Notes: a model not told the origin generated them from the sequence alone. 64,000 nucleotides of DNA from an uncultured bacterium (GCA_963727255.1 CAVSFC010000002.1:96001-160000), one strand, 5' to 3'; numbered from the stretch's first letter, positions 32,173 through 42,400 are shown. Numbers and translations: made by a program.

Positions 32173-32672
32173 GTTTCGCGCTTTCTTTTAAGAATCCTAA
32201 CAACATCATGCGCATACTGGGCTCTGAGATCTGGATCAGAAAATTTCTTTTGTAATGCCTGTTTTGCATCTTGAATCACGAGTGGTGCAATTTTCATCTG
32301 CAGCTCATGTTGGGCAAAATACGTATTTTTAATCGTTACTCGCTCAGCAGTGCGCGTTGCAAAAATTCGATTTTCATCTTGGGCCTTATGGCGCTCGCCA
32401 ATAACCGCATCATTCCATTCATTAACTTTTTGCATCAGAAGCTCAATATGGCGCTCTTGCTGCTGGTGCTGCTCAGCAAGATCTTCGGCTCTTCCTTCAA
32501 GAAAATATCCTTGCTCTTCAAGCCCTTTAAGCACTGCCTCTTGTTGGTTTACTTTTTCTTCGAGCGGCCCTTTGAGATATTTTCTATACGCATAATAGCC
32601 TACGGCCGCCAAGAGTGCAAAATTTGCGAGACGAAAGAAAATGGAAAGCCATGAACTATCGGACATGATCAA
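32169..32672 (-). CDS. atpF: ATP synthase subunit b
   Basis: FRLANFALL N-terminal TM plus coiled coil; operon position. Confidence 0.8.
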   Translation of the reverse strand: MIMSDSSWLSIFFRLANFALLAAVGYYAYRKYLKGPLEEKVNQQEAVLKGLEEQGYFLEGRAEDLAEQHQQQERHIELLMQKVNEWNDAVIGERHKAQDENRIFATRTAERVTIKNTYFAQHELQMKIAPLVIQDAKQALQKKFSDPDLRAQYAHDVVRILKRKRET

Positions 32673-33033
32673 CCCTTTTTATTAATTCAGTAGCTACTCG
32701 CTTTGCAACATCATCCACCATCCGATGGTCAAAGTGCGGCTTTACTAGCGAGGGTTTGGTTGAAAAAAAGGGCTCTTGGCGCAATGAAGGAGTGTTGTGT
32801 TCAAAATGCTGCTGTGCAGATTGCCATTGTGACAGCAATTCTTGTTCTTTTTCTGCAACAATTTTTCGACGCGCCTGAACCGTATTCATTAATGATTCTT
32901 GCAATGCATCTTCTGCATGAATTTCTGCGACAACCGGTTTAAAGAAGCAATATTTGATAATAAGAAAAGCAATAAAGAAATTGATTGCTTGGACTATAAG
33001 CGTACAGTTTATTAATGTCATGCGCTTACCCAT
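32656..33033 (-). CDS. ATP synthase subunit b'
   Basis: INCTLIVQAINFFIAFLIIKYCFFKP; operon position. Confidence 0.8.
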   Translation of the reverse strand: MGKRMTLINCTLIVQAINFFIAFLIIKYCFFKPVVAEIHAEDALQESLMNTVQARRKIVAEKEQELLSQWQSAQQHFEHNTPSLRQEPFFSTKPSLVKPHFDHRMVDDVAKRVATELIKRVDHVR

Positions 33034-33049
33034 TTACGCTGGTTGCGAT

Positions 33050-33307
33050 CTATGACATGGTAGCGGCAAGATAGATCAAGGCAGCTGCCGTGCCGGCAAC
33101 AATTAAACCCTGAGTTTCAATAACACCCATAGCTAAAAACATTAAGGTTCTTATTTTGTTCGCGCTTTCGGGATATTTTCCGAGATTTTCGCATGCCTTC
33201 ATTCCTATCGCCCCTTGACCAAATGATGGGCCCAAGACACCAATCCCCACTGCAAGCCCAGCAGCAATACATGCCGCTGCTTTTGCATAAAAAATACCTT
33301 CTACCAT
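33050..33307 (-). CDS. atpE: ATP synthase subunit c
   Basis: GLAVGIGVLGPSFGQG...KYPE...AMGVIET. Confidence 0.93.
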   Translation of the reverse strand: MVEGIFYAKAAACIAAGLAVGIGVLGPSFGQGAIGMKACENLGKYPESANKIRTLMFLAMGVIETQGLIVAGTAAALIYLAATMS

Positions 33308-33614
33308 GTGCGTAACCTTTCCTTAGAATGGCTCTAAATAAACGTATTAATGTAATAACATAGCGCATATCTAATTTTATTCTAGTGATTGAACAAGTTT
33401 TTTTACAAGAATTTCATCAGTAACCTGATTACCGTATAATCATTGTGAATAATATTTCAAATAATACATTAATCATATTTTTTGTTTAAAATCTATTGTT
33501 TTATATATAAATAAATACTGGCTTCCATAGGGGTAATTTGTCATATGAATCAAAATACTATACCATTGTTAAGAACTTTAAGACCCCTTTATAAAATGAA
33601 AAAAATGTATCTTT

Positions 33615-35309
33615 ATGAATCAATTAAGATATTGCTCTTCTTTTTTATGCATTGGTTTGGCGTTCTTTTATTCCGGATCAATGATCATTGCCGATGCCGC
33701 GCCCCGCGATGCATTTGATGATCTCATTGCTTTTACCGATACTGATGCCGGTGGGCAACTGCTTGATGATACCACTTTTACGGTTACCAGAACCGCGTCA
33801 AAAGAAGTAGTCATCACGCTCCTGAGTGATTTAGGTTTTTTCCCTTTGTTGCAACAGAATTTCTTTTTGCGAAGCAATATCCTACGCAGCCGCAGCTTGC
33901 TTGACTATCCTGAATTTATCCCCTGGCGGCATGATAAAGATAAACGTGCTCTATACATCGATCTCTTTTTTAATGAGACTCCTCGCATGTTCTTTAATAG
34001 AGAGAGCAGTAATATTTGCAGCTATTTAGCTGTTGCACAGCCGTCATTTATCGCAATTTTAGATACTATCTTTGATAATGTGCGTGACTTTTTAGGGGGC
34101 GTGACTCCCATAGAAAAAGATAAATTTTTGCGTCTGATCGATTTATTCAAAACATTTACCGTCCAAGAGCGGCGCCTAGGATTAATGATCGGGGGAAAGA
34201 CCAAATTTGATCGGTGGCATTTTCATATCATGGCCCCGTGGTATTATTTAGAACGCAATCATTTTGTGGATCTAGCGGTACAGGAAGATCTTGAAGCGCT
34301 CATGGCCGATATTTTCGGCGCTCCCAAAACGCCCGAAGAAGCAGAGCTTGCACTCAAGCGTCAACATCAATTTGAGGATGATTATTTAATTAGCGATAAG
34401 TTTGGAATAGGCGATACACGAATATATTGCGATTATCCTATTATTAAAAACAAATATCTATCAACGCGCCTGGGATTTTTAGCAACAATTCCAACCGCTT
34501 TCGCCATGAAAAAAGGGCTCAAGGGTTCAAATTTTAAACGTGTGCAATTTCCTCAATCACTCAACTTGCAAGAATTAATCGATGCGGCAATTGCCGCAAA
34601 TACTAATGGCCAACCGGTTGCGGATGTGCAGGCCCTTGGCTATGCTTTGGATGTTTTATCTAATTTTAGCGCCATGGTTCTTGAATCGCCCATGGGCAAT
34701 GGGGGCCATTTAGGATTGGGCGGATACTTTCGTAATCGATCCCCCTTGAGTTTATTTATAAAACAAGATTGGGCACGCAGAGTGTACATGCGCAGCTTTA
34801 TGTCATTAGAATATCTTTTCCCCGCAACTGAATGGCGCAGCTTCCGCGTACCCGTGCAAGAAGCTCTTTTTAATGAGCGCAATTTATCTGAAACCGATAA
34901 CCAAACAGTTATCAATAGTAACTATGAGTTTATTTTACAACAACTTAATGATCGGTTGTTTCCAAAAGCGTTACAGGCTACCGTTCACCCCGGATTTATT
35001 TTCCGTTGGAGCTCTCAATTTATTTATGAGGGCAATTATCACGGATTCTCATTTGGCACCGATACGTATGTGCGCAATAAAGAATCCTTCTCCCATATTG
35101 ATGCTACTCCCCTTACCAAACGCATTATTGATATCGATACAGCGCGGAATCCGATCTCGTATCAAAGCAAAGTATGCGCATCCGTATTCTGGAAAATTGA
35201 AAAGCCGGATAAATTATGGACTATCGCGCTCATGGGAGATTATACCTTTATGAACACGGGAATAGGAGCTGACTTTTCTTTAGTATTGAAAACAAATGTT
35301 ATGTTTTAA
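33615..35309 (+). CDS. Exported hypothetical protein, probably outer membrane
   Basis: Signal peptide; C-terminal amphipathic strand ending in F (FSLVLKTNVMF). Confidence 0.65.
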   Translation: MNQLRYCSSFLCIGLAFFYSGSMIIADAAPRDAFDDLIAFTDTDAGGQLLDDTTFTVTRTASKEVVITLLSDLGFFPLLQQNFFLRSNILRSRSLLDYPEFIPWRHDKDKRALYIDLFFNETPRMFFNRESSNICSYLAVAQPSFIAILDTIFDNVRDFLGGVTPIEKDKFLRLIDLFKTFTVQERRLGLMIGGKTKFDRWHFHIMAPWYYLERNHFVDLAVQEDLEALMADIFGAPKTPEEAELALKRQHQFEDDYLISDKFGIGDTRIYCDYPIIKNKYLSTRLGFLATIPTAFAMKKGLKGSNFKRVQFPQSLNLQELIDAAIAANTNGQPVADVQALGYALDVLSNFSAMVLESPMGNGGHLGLGGYFRNRSPLSLFIKQDWARRVYMRSFMSLEYLFPATEWRSFRVPVQEALFNERNLSETDNQTVINSNYEFILQQLNDRLFPKALQATVHPGFIFRWSSQFIYEGNYHGFSFGTDTYVRNKESFSHIDATPLTKRIIDIDTARNPISYQSKVCASVFWKIEKPDKLWTIALMGDYTFMNTGIGADFSLVLKTNVMF

Positions 35310-35325
35310 AATTGAAAGCGTCACA

Positions 35326-35997
35326 ATGAAAAAATTATTACTGCCGTTAATTGCGGTAACCTTACTACAAAATGTAAATGCGAACGAATTTCCAGCCCTT
35401 ACTCTTGAAGCAGAAATTTTAGAAATCGTTGATGATTTTCAGCTCGGTGTAAATCCTGATACGGTCGGCATGATTATGAAACTGCGGCGTGATATTAATA
35501 AACGCCGGTTCGGTTCAAAAACAAACGTTGGCGTGGAAGGATTCTATCTTTTTGAAGGCAAAAAATGGACCTTGCAAATGTTAATTGAACTTGAAACGCA
35601 ATTAATGCAAAGCAATTCAGCCGGTGACAAAAAAAGACTCGCTTCACTCAAAGAATTCTTCCAAACAATCAAAGATGAGTTTATAGATTTAGTTAAACCA
35701 TTTTTAGCTGATGCACGCGGAGCAAAAGGGCAAATGGTGATCTTAATCACTGAATGGTCAATAAAAGCCAATCGCCAAGATAGCCAATTGCTCAATTGGA
35801 GTGCTACAAAAGAAGGGGAGGAAACTACGGCAATATATAGCAAACTTCTCACTATAAAATCATTTGATCAATTCTGCGCCGATCTTCTTTATTTCTTAGA
35901 AACTTTGTTACGAAGTTGCCCGAAGGCATGTGCACACTTTAAGCAAATCATGGAACAAAAGCAGTCCGCCTCCGCTAAAGCTTCGTCGGACAAATAA
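35326..35997 (+). CDS. Exported hypothetical protein whose C-terminus is supplied by a palindromic repeat
   Basis: MKKLLLPLIAVTLLQNVNA; terminal SASAKASSDK encoded by repeat 35965-35993. Confidence 0.75.
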   Translation: MKKLLLPLIAVTLLQNVNANEFPALTLEAEILEIVDDFQLGVNPDTVGMIMKLRRDINKRRFGSKTNVGVEGFYLFEGKKWTLQMLIELETQLMQSNSAGDKKRLASLKEFFQTIKDEFIDLVKPFLADARGAKGQMVILITEWSIKANRQDSQLLNWSATKEGEETTAIYSKLLTIKSFDQFCADLLYFLETLLRSCPKACAHFKQIMEQKQSASAKASSDK

Positions 35998-36019
35998 GCA
36001 TTAAGGATTTATTTTTTCC

Positions 36020-38314
36020 ATGCAAGATACTGCAGAACTTAAAGGCACCATAGACCGTTTTTTATTTCAGAATAATGAGAACGGATACTCAGTTTTGAGT
36101 CTGCAAATTGACGAAGAAACTAAGATAACAGCAACCGGATATCTGCCCAATTTGCAAGCCGGGCAAGAAGTTGTATTGCGCGGCACATGGATCACCCATC
36201 CTAAATTTGGCAGGCAGTTTGAGGCCAAAGAATGTGTTGCGCAAGTTCCAACAAGCATTGTTGGGCTTAAAAAATATTTAGGATCCGGGCTTATCAAAGG
36301 AATCGGCCCCGCCTATGCAGAAAAATTGGTAGGCTATTTTGGTGAAATAGTTTTAGATGTAATTGATAAAAGCCCCCATCGGCTTAAGGAAGTTCCGGGT
36401 ATCGGGCCCAAACGCATTGAGCAGATCGCAAATGCATGGCAAGATCAAAAAGAGATCTCTAATGTGATGGTCTATTTGCAAGATAAGGGTATTTCAACTG
36501 CCTACGCTACCAAAATTTATAAAGCATATGGGCAAAATTCAATTGCAGTGCTCACAGAGAACCCCTATAGGCTTGCTGATGAAATTTGGGGTGTCGGCTT
36601 TAAAATGGCCGATCAGATTGCCCAGGCAGTTGGCATTCCGCGCGATTCACTAAAACGAGTAAAGGCAGGCATTCTTTTTTCTATTACCAATGAAATTAGC
36701 CAAGGCCATTTATACGCGGAACTGCAGGAACTAAAGCAAAGCACGCTCGAGCTTTTGGAACTGACAAATAATGGCCAATTGCTTGCCCGCTCGAATCCTT
36801 CGATAAACTCAGGACGAGCGGAAATGTCTCCTGAACCGCTCGTGGTGAGCGGCATCAACCATTCGAGCGAAAGCAAAACTGCCGAACAACTCCTCAAAAA
36901 TGCACTCCATGATCTGTATAATGAAGAGAAGATCAAATTGATTTCTGAAAATAATCTGCATTATATCACCCTTTCTCATTATTATTTTTCAGAGAAGGGC
37001 ACTGCGCAAAAATTGCTGCAACTGTTGCAATATCCGCCCCATCATACGATTAATAGCAATGAAGTATATCAAGCATTGCGGGCGCCAAATCCTGAAGATC
37101 GCATCGCCCTCAATGATGATCAACAACACGGAATTCTTGCTTGCTTGCAGCATAAAGCGACCATTATCACTGGGGGCCCCGGCACAGGCAAAACAACGTT
37201 GATCAAAAAGTTGCTTGCAATTCTTGATGACCATAAGCTCTCGTATAAACTTGCGGCCCCCACCGGGCGCGCGGCAAAACGAATTACCGAAGGCACCGGA
37301 AGATTTGCACTCACAATCCACCGTTTGCTTGAATTTGATGCAGCGACTCGAGGATTTTCTCGCAACGAGCAAAATGCACTCCAACTGGATTATCTGATTA
37401 TCGATGAAGCATCAATGATTGATATTTTTCTTGCGCATGCAATTCTTAAAGCAATGCCCTTTACTGGTCATCTGATTCTTATCGGAGATGTTGATCAATT
37501 GCCATCGGTTGGTGCTGGTAATTTTTTAAATGATCTTATTGCGAGCCAAAAAGTACCCACTATCCGGCTCAAAGAAATTTTCCGGCAAGCGCAAGATAGT
37601 TTAATCATTGTCAATGCACACCGGGTAAATCAAGGAGAGTTTCCTGTTTCATCATTGCCGGATTCAAAAAAGGATTTTGTATTCATTAAAGAAAATGATC
37701 CGAACATGGTAAACCATCATCTTGATGAATTGCTACTCAAGCGAGTGCCGCGATCCGGCATACGCGCTTGTGATACGGTGGTTCTGGTTCCCATGAACCG
37801 CGGCATTGTCGGAACCCAGCAAATCAATATGCATTTGCAAAAGGTGCTTAATCCGGTGAGCGATACTACTAAACAAATTTCGCACGGCATTTACACTTAT
37901 AAAGTGGGCGATCGGGTGATGCAGATTCGCAACAATTATGATAAGGCAGTATTTAATGGTGATGCAGGGACTATTGAAGACATCAACATTTCCGACAAAA
38001 TTATTTTTGTAAAATATTATGAGCGCACCATAGAATATGAAATTAATGAACTCGATGAACTAGTTCTTGCATATTCGATCTCAATTCATAAAAGCCAAGG
38101 TTCAGAATATCCAGCCGTTATTATTCCAATATTCATGCAACATTTTACACTCTTGCAACGTAACCTTATTTACACTGCACTGACACGTGCTAAGAAATTA
38201 TGTATTATTATTGGACAACCAAAAGCGCTTGCTATGGCAATCAAAAATAATAAAAGCCTAGCTCGCATTACTTTCTTAACCCAATTTCTTACCAGCGATT
38301 TGCAATGCAGATGA
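36020..38314 (+). CDS. recD2: ATP-dependent RecD-like DNA helicase RecD2 (with in-frame repeat insertion)
   Basis: HPKFGRQF; YLGSGLIKGIGP; TGGPGTGKTT; LAAPTGRAAKR; IIDEASMID; IHKSQGSEY; YTALTRAK. Confidence 0.96.
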   Translation: MQDTAELKGTIDRFLFQNNENGYSVLSLQIDEETKITATGYLPNLQAGQEVVLRGTWITHPKFGRQFEAKECVAQVPTSIVGLKKYLGSGLIKGIGPAYAEKLVGYFGEIVLDVIDKSPHRLKEVPGIGPKRIEQIANAWQDQKEISNVMVYLQDKGISTAYATKIYKAYGQNSIAVLTENPYRLADEIWGVGFKMADQIAQAVGIPRDSLKRVKAGILFSITNEISQGHLYAELQELKQSTLELLELTNNGQLLARSNPSINSGRAEMSPEPLVVSGINHSSESKTAEQLLKNALHDLYNEEKIKLISENNLHYITLSHYYFSEKGTAQKLLQLLQYPPHHTINSNEVYQALRAPNPEDRIALNDDQQHGILACLQHKATIITGGPGTGKTTLIKKLLAILDDHKLSYKLAAPTGRAAKRITEGTGRFALTIHRLLEFDAATRGFSRNEQNALQLDYLIIDEASMIDIFLAHAILKAMPFTGHLILIGDVDQLPSVGAGNFLNDLIASQKVPTIRLKEIFRQAQDSLIIVNAHRVNQGEFPVSSLPDSKKDFVFIKENDPNMVNHHLDELLLKRVPRSGIRACDTVVLVPMNRGIVGTQQINMHLQKVLNPVSDTTKQISHGIYTYKVGDRVMQIRNNYDKAVFNGDAGTIEDINISDKIIFVKYYERTIEYEINELDELVLAYSISIHKSQGSEYPAVIIPIFMQHFTLLQRNLIYTALTRAKKLCIIIGQPKALAMAIKNNKSLARITFLTQFLTSDLQCR
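36787..36869. repeat. Palindromic repeat pair inserted in frame in recD2
   Basis: 36788-36821 is identical over 34 nt to 29053-29086; 36836-36869 matches the outer ends of 28900-29054. Confidence 0.9.
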
Positions 38315-38964
38315 ACAAATTATTATTATTGCTGCTTATGCCATGCATGAATAATGCCTGGTTTTTTACTCTGCCAGCAGAAAAACCATTTGTACTACTT
38401 TTAGAAGCAAGCGGCGACCCAATGCACCCTGGCCGCAGCATTGATGATAGCTTTGAAAGCACAATCACCTTTGAGATAGCCCAAACAATCAAACAAATGC
38501 TTCTTGCGCAATATCCAAATTTAAAAATATTGCTCAACCGTGCAGCTGCCGAAACCGTTGCTCCACTGCAAAATGCAAATTTTGCAAATAAGCTCAATGT
38601 TGATTGCTATATCAGCATTCATGCATTTGCAGAATCAGAAATAAAACCGCATGTTTATCTGTATCAATTTTCATATCATGATGATTTCATTGCGAAAGAT
38701 GCAGGGCTGAGCTTTTATCCATTTGATAAAATTTATATGGTAAATCAAAAGCAAACCACTGCATGGGCCGAGCAGCTCAAGCAAGCACTTGAAAAACATT
38801 CATTGTGGGCCGTTAAAGGAGTTTTTTCATTACCATTCAAGCCCTTGATTGGGATTAAAGCTCCGGCAATTGGCATTGAAATTGGATTAAAAAATCGATC
38901 CGAGTGGCGAAATTATATTGAAGCGCTTGTGAGTGGGATTATAACTATTATTAATAATCGATAG
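38311..38964 (+). CDS. N-acetylmuramoyl-L-alanine amidase (Amidase_3) family, divergent first Zn-ligand motif
   Basis: FES..TFEIA, NR, ANFAN...YISIH, PAIGIEIG. Confidence 0.75.
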   Translation: MNKLLLLLLMPCMNNAWFFTLPAEKPFVLLLEASGDPMHPGRSIDDSFESTITFEIAQTIKQMLLAQYPNLKILLNRAAAETVAPLQNANFANKLNVDCYISIHAFAESEIKPHVYLYQFSYHDDFIAKDAGLSFYPFDKIYMVNQKQTTAWAEQLKQALEKHSLWAVKGVFSLPFKPLIGIKAPAIGIEIGLKNRSEWRNYIEALVSGIITIINNR

Positions 38965-38979
38965 CGAAATTCAAAAAAC

Positions 38980-39513
38980 ATGAGCAACAAACATTATATT
39001 TTTATATGTCTAGCAACGTTCATGCTAAGCCTTCTTCTCTTTGCATATCACAAAGAATATATTATTTTAAATTTTCACCAAACCGTGAAAAATGAGTCTC
39101 GATCAAATTCATCTCAAAAACACAATGTAACGCTCCATTTCTGGCACCAAAATAATTGGCATAGCGAGCAGGTTTCACTTTTATTTTCAGATAATCGTGC
39201 CACAAATATGCAACAATTGATAAGCCGCTGGGCCCAGCTTCTGCAGGAAGAAAAAATCTCTAAAAAGAAGATAGCGTTACAATCAGCAGCGATAGCATTT
39301 GATAATCAAGAACTTATTATCTCATTCGATCGAGCCCCTTGGAATAAAGAAAATAGCACCTATGAAAAATGGATGGCCATTGAGGGATTGCTCAAAACCA
39401 TTCAAGCAGTTGACCCATCAATAAAAAGAGTGCGTTTTTTAATAAATCAGCAACCTCTACAAGATCCTCATCTTGATTGTACAAATGCATGGCCAACCAA
39501 TGGGTTTGCTTAG
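38980..39513 (+). CDS. GerMN-like domain membrane protein
   Basis: N-terminal TM; E.MAIEGLLKTI...IKRVRFLINQQ...HLD; follows the amidase. Confidence 0.65.
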   Translation: MSNKHYIFICLATFMLSLLLFAYHKEYIILNFHQTVKNESRSNSSQKHNVTLHFWHQNNWHSEQVSLLFSDNRATNMQQLISRWAQLLQEEKISKKKIALQSAAIAFDNQELIISFDRAPWNKENSTYEKWMAIEGLLKTIQAVDPSIKRVRFLINQQPLQDPHLDCTNAWPTNGFA

Positions 39514-39631
39514 CACATTTAAAATTTCTTCTGCAATAACTTCTTTTAATATCTTCAAAAACATGCTATATCAATGACTTATTATTCTATACACCCTTGA
39601 AGCGCAGGATTAACTAATAAAAAAGGATAGC

Positions 39632-40933
39632 ATGCACATTAGAAGCCTCTTGATCATACTCCTAACTCTAATCCCAATCACTCTTAAGGCCGACCGCTTT
39701 AGTGAAATCGCCGAAGCACATAACGTTCTTGATCGCATGCAGTTAATGTGGTCAAATAGTCCCTTTCCCATGAAATTAAAAGTATATGGGCTCGTAAAAA
39801 ATGAGGGCATTTTTGATACGCGGCAGAATTTTGCTTTGCGATCGGGTGAATTTTTGTATTTCCCCTTGCAAAAATTGCCGGATGTTGTTGGGCGGGATAT
39901 AAATGGACGTGGAGATTTTGGCATGTATGCAATCGAATCTCGCGTGGATATTGAAGCAATTGGCCCGGATATTGGGCCAATGAAAAGCAGAGCACTTGTT
40001 GAAGCAGATTTTTTTGGCAGAACCGAACTTACCACAAATACGTTTAATGTCCGGGAAGGATATCTTGAACTCACTTCAGAAAATTTTAATTTCTTAGCGG
40101 GGCAAGCGTATCACCCCATTTGTATTCCCACCGAATCGCCCGATACCATTTCTTATAATTGTGGAGTTCCCATCGCTCCCTTTGCCCTTTCGCCCCAGTT
40201 CAGACTCCTGTATCATGATTCGGCTATGGAATTCCTGTTTGCTTCTATAGGATTTTTAGGAGATCGGCCTTTTGGACTTGCCGGAGGTGCTGATAAAGTA
40301 TTTCGCGACGCACTCATGCCCGACTTTTTTCTCATGGGAAAATTCAAACTTGATGATGAAAATTATTTGGGAATCGGGTTTGATATTTACCGATTAATTC
40401 CACGCCTTGCCACTAATAATAATTATAAAGAGGATTATGGGGTAACATGCATTTCAACAGATTTTTTTATTCGGTTTCAATTCAACGATTTTGTAACCTA
40501 TTCAAAATTAGTATATTCGCAAGATGCCGCAGCATACGAACTTATTGGCGGTATTGCAATTCATTCCATAGATCCGGTTACTGATCTGCGCACTTGGGTA
40601 CCCCTGCAAACTCTTTCTTGGTATGTAGAATTTATCAAAGAAGGATATCTTGAGCCAGGTTTATTTCTTGGCATTGTAAAAAATCTCGGCGCAACTAAAA
40701 CAATTGTTCCTGGCAGTGAATCACTAGTTACTCTTTTTGGCATTGGGATAAACATTGATACGGTTTTTAGAGTTGCCCCAAGGCTACGCTGGTATGTTAA
40801 TTCATTTATTGTAGGGGTTGAATATGAATATACGCGAGCTGCGTATGGAACTCCTGATAATTATGGCCGCATAATCAATACCGTTCCGGTAGCTAATAAT
40901 CGTTTTCTTTTTGCTACGTATTATGTTTTTTAG
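39632..40933 (+). CDS. Outer-membrane porin-like protein (DcaP-like), paralog 1
   Basis: KVYGLVK.E.IFD; SRALVEADFFG; VREGY; FLAGQAYHP; ends YYVF. Confidence 0.75.
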   Translation: MHIRSLLIILLTLIPITLKADRFSEIAEAHNVLDRMQLMWSNSPFPMKLKVYGLVKNEGIFDTRQNFALRSGEFLYFPLQKLPDVVGRDINGRGDFGMYAIESRVDIEAIGPDIGPMKSRALVEADFFGRTELTTNTFNVREGYLELTSENFNFLAGQAYHPICIPTESPDTISYNCGVPIAPFALSPQFRLLYHDSAMEFLFASIGFLGDRPFGLAGGADKVFRDALMPDFFLMGKFKLDDENYLGIGFDIYRLIPRLATNNNYKEDYGVTCISTDFFIRFQFNDFVTYSKLVYSQDAAAYELIGGIAIHSIDPVTDLRTWVPLQTLSWYVEFIKEGYLEPGLFLGIVKNLGATKTIVPGSESLVTLFGIGINIDTVFRVAPRLRWYVNSFIVGVEYEYTRAAYGTPDNYGRIINTVPVANNRFLFATYYVF

Positions 40934-40945
40934 ATTAAGGAAAGT

Positions 40946-42400
40946 ATGAAAAAATCAGGATCAAACATTTTTTCAAATCTTACATTAGCAATATTTTTTT
41001 CCCGTTCGTTTCGAGCGAGGCCTTGGCCGAATCGAGAAATCAGAAAAAGATTTCTCGGCTCCGTGCTACGCACTGCGCTCGAAGCGAACGGAACCAGAGT
41101 AATTGCGCTACTAATGGCAGGCTTAAGCACATTTTTGCTTCATGCCGATCAATTTAGTTTGATTGCAGAACGGCACAATGTTTTGGATCATACGATAAAA
41201 CCAGCATTGTGGGCTACGCAAGAATTGCCAGTAAAGATCGATATCTCAGGATATGTAAAAGCAGAAGGGATTTTTGATACGCGGCAAAATTTTACTGAAA
41301 GAGATGGGCATTTCCTCTTTTTCCCGCTTAATCGCTTGCCCGACGTGAATGGAAGAGATATTAACGGCCGAGGCGAATTTGATGAATACGCAATTCAAAC
41401 TCGTGTGCGCTTTGAAGCATTCGGGGCTGATGTTGGATGCTTTAGGAGCCGGAGCTATATCGAAGCAGATTTTTTTGGTACTACTGATGACACGCTTGAT
41501 AGTTTTAGAATGCGCCACGCCTATTTATGCTTAGAATCCGATGATTTTGATTTCTGGGCTGGGCAAACATGGCATCCTATGTATTTCCCCGTTGAAGCTC
41601 CTGACACCATCTCATTCAATACTGGAACTCCAATCGATCCCTATATTCGTGCACCACAATTTAGATTAGTTTACCACAATGAACATTTTGATGTTGTTGG
41701 AACACTCATCGGAATTTTAGGGGATCGGCCTTTTGGACCTTTAGGACCAACAGATAAATATTTTCGTGATTCGATTATGCCCGATATGAACCTGCAAACA
41801 CGATTCAAGTGGGATGATGGCCAACAATTTATTGGCCTCGGGGTTGATTTCATGCGTATTACCCCGCGCTTAGTAAGCAATACAGATTATAAAGACGTTA
41901 ATCCCTTTAATGCATTTTCAGCAATTATTTACTCTCGATTTGCTTATGATGATCATATCATTCTCTATAACAAATTTTGCTACGCAGATGATGCTGCTAT
42001 TTGGGATATGATTGGTGGCTATGCAGTTCATACGGTGGATCCGATTACTGATAGCAGAACCTATGTTCCGCTCCGCACCATCTCATGGTGGTCCGAGCTT
42101 ATTTTTCAGGGCCCTATCGAACCGGCATTATTTATTGGTTGGGTTGAGAATATTGGCGCTAAAAAAACAATTATACAAAATATCGGCGCTGAACAAACAG
42201 TGTATGGTTTGGGTACTAATATTAAGAGCGTGCTTCGAGCTTCCCCACGAATTAGGGTTTATATAAAATCGTTTGTACTTGGCGCAGAAGTTGAGTATAC
42301 CCGTGCCACCTATGGAACGCTTGATAATTTTGGCAACGTGACAAACACCATTCCCGTTGGCAATACCCGATTTCTCTTTGCCACCTATTATATATTTTAG
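40946..42400 (+). CDS. Outer-membrane porin-like protein (DcaP-like), paralog 2, with repeat inserted in the leader
   Basis: ISGYVKAE.IFD; SYIEADFFG; MRHAY; WAGQTWHP; ends YYIF. Confidence 0.75.
   Translation: MKKSGSNIFSNLTLAIFFSRSFRARPWPNREIRKRFLGSVLRTALEANGTRVIALLMAGLSTFLLHADQFSLIAERHNVLDHTIKPALWATQELPVKIDISGYVKAEGIFDTRQNFTERDGHFLFFPLNRLPDVNGRDINGRGEFDEYAIQTRVRFEAFGADVGCFRSRSYIEADFFGTTDDTLDSFRMRHAYLCLESDDFDFWAGQTWHPMYFPVEAPDTISFNTGTPIDPYIRAPQFRLVYHNEHFDVVGTLIGILGDRPFGPLGPTDKYFRDSIMPDMNLQTRFKWDDGQQFIGLGVDFMRITPRLVSNTDYKDVNPFNAFSAIIYSRFAYDDHIILYNKFCYADDAAIWDMIGGYAVHTVDPITDSRTYVPLRTISWWSELIFQGPIEPALFIGWVENIGAKKTIIQNIGAEQTVYGLGTNIKSVLRASPRIRVYIKSFVLGAEVEYTRATYGTLDNFGNVTNTIPVGNTRFLFATYYIF
41002..41091. 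repeat. 90-bp palindromic element in frame in the porin signal-peptide region
   Basis: Terminal inverted repeat CCGTTCGTTTCGAGCG / CGCTCGAAGCGAACGG; internal CGAGAAATC...GATTTCTCG. Confidence 0.85.
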
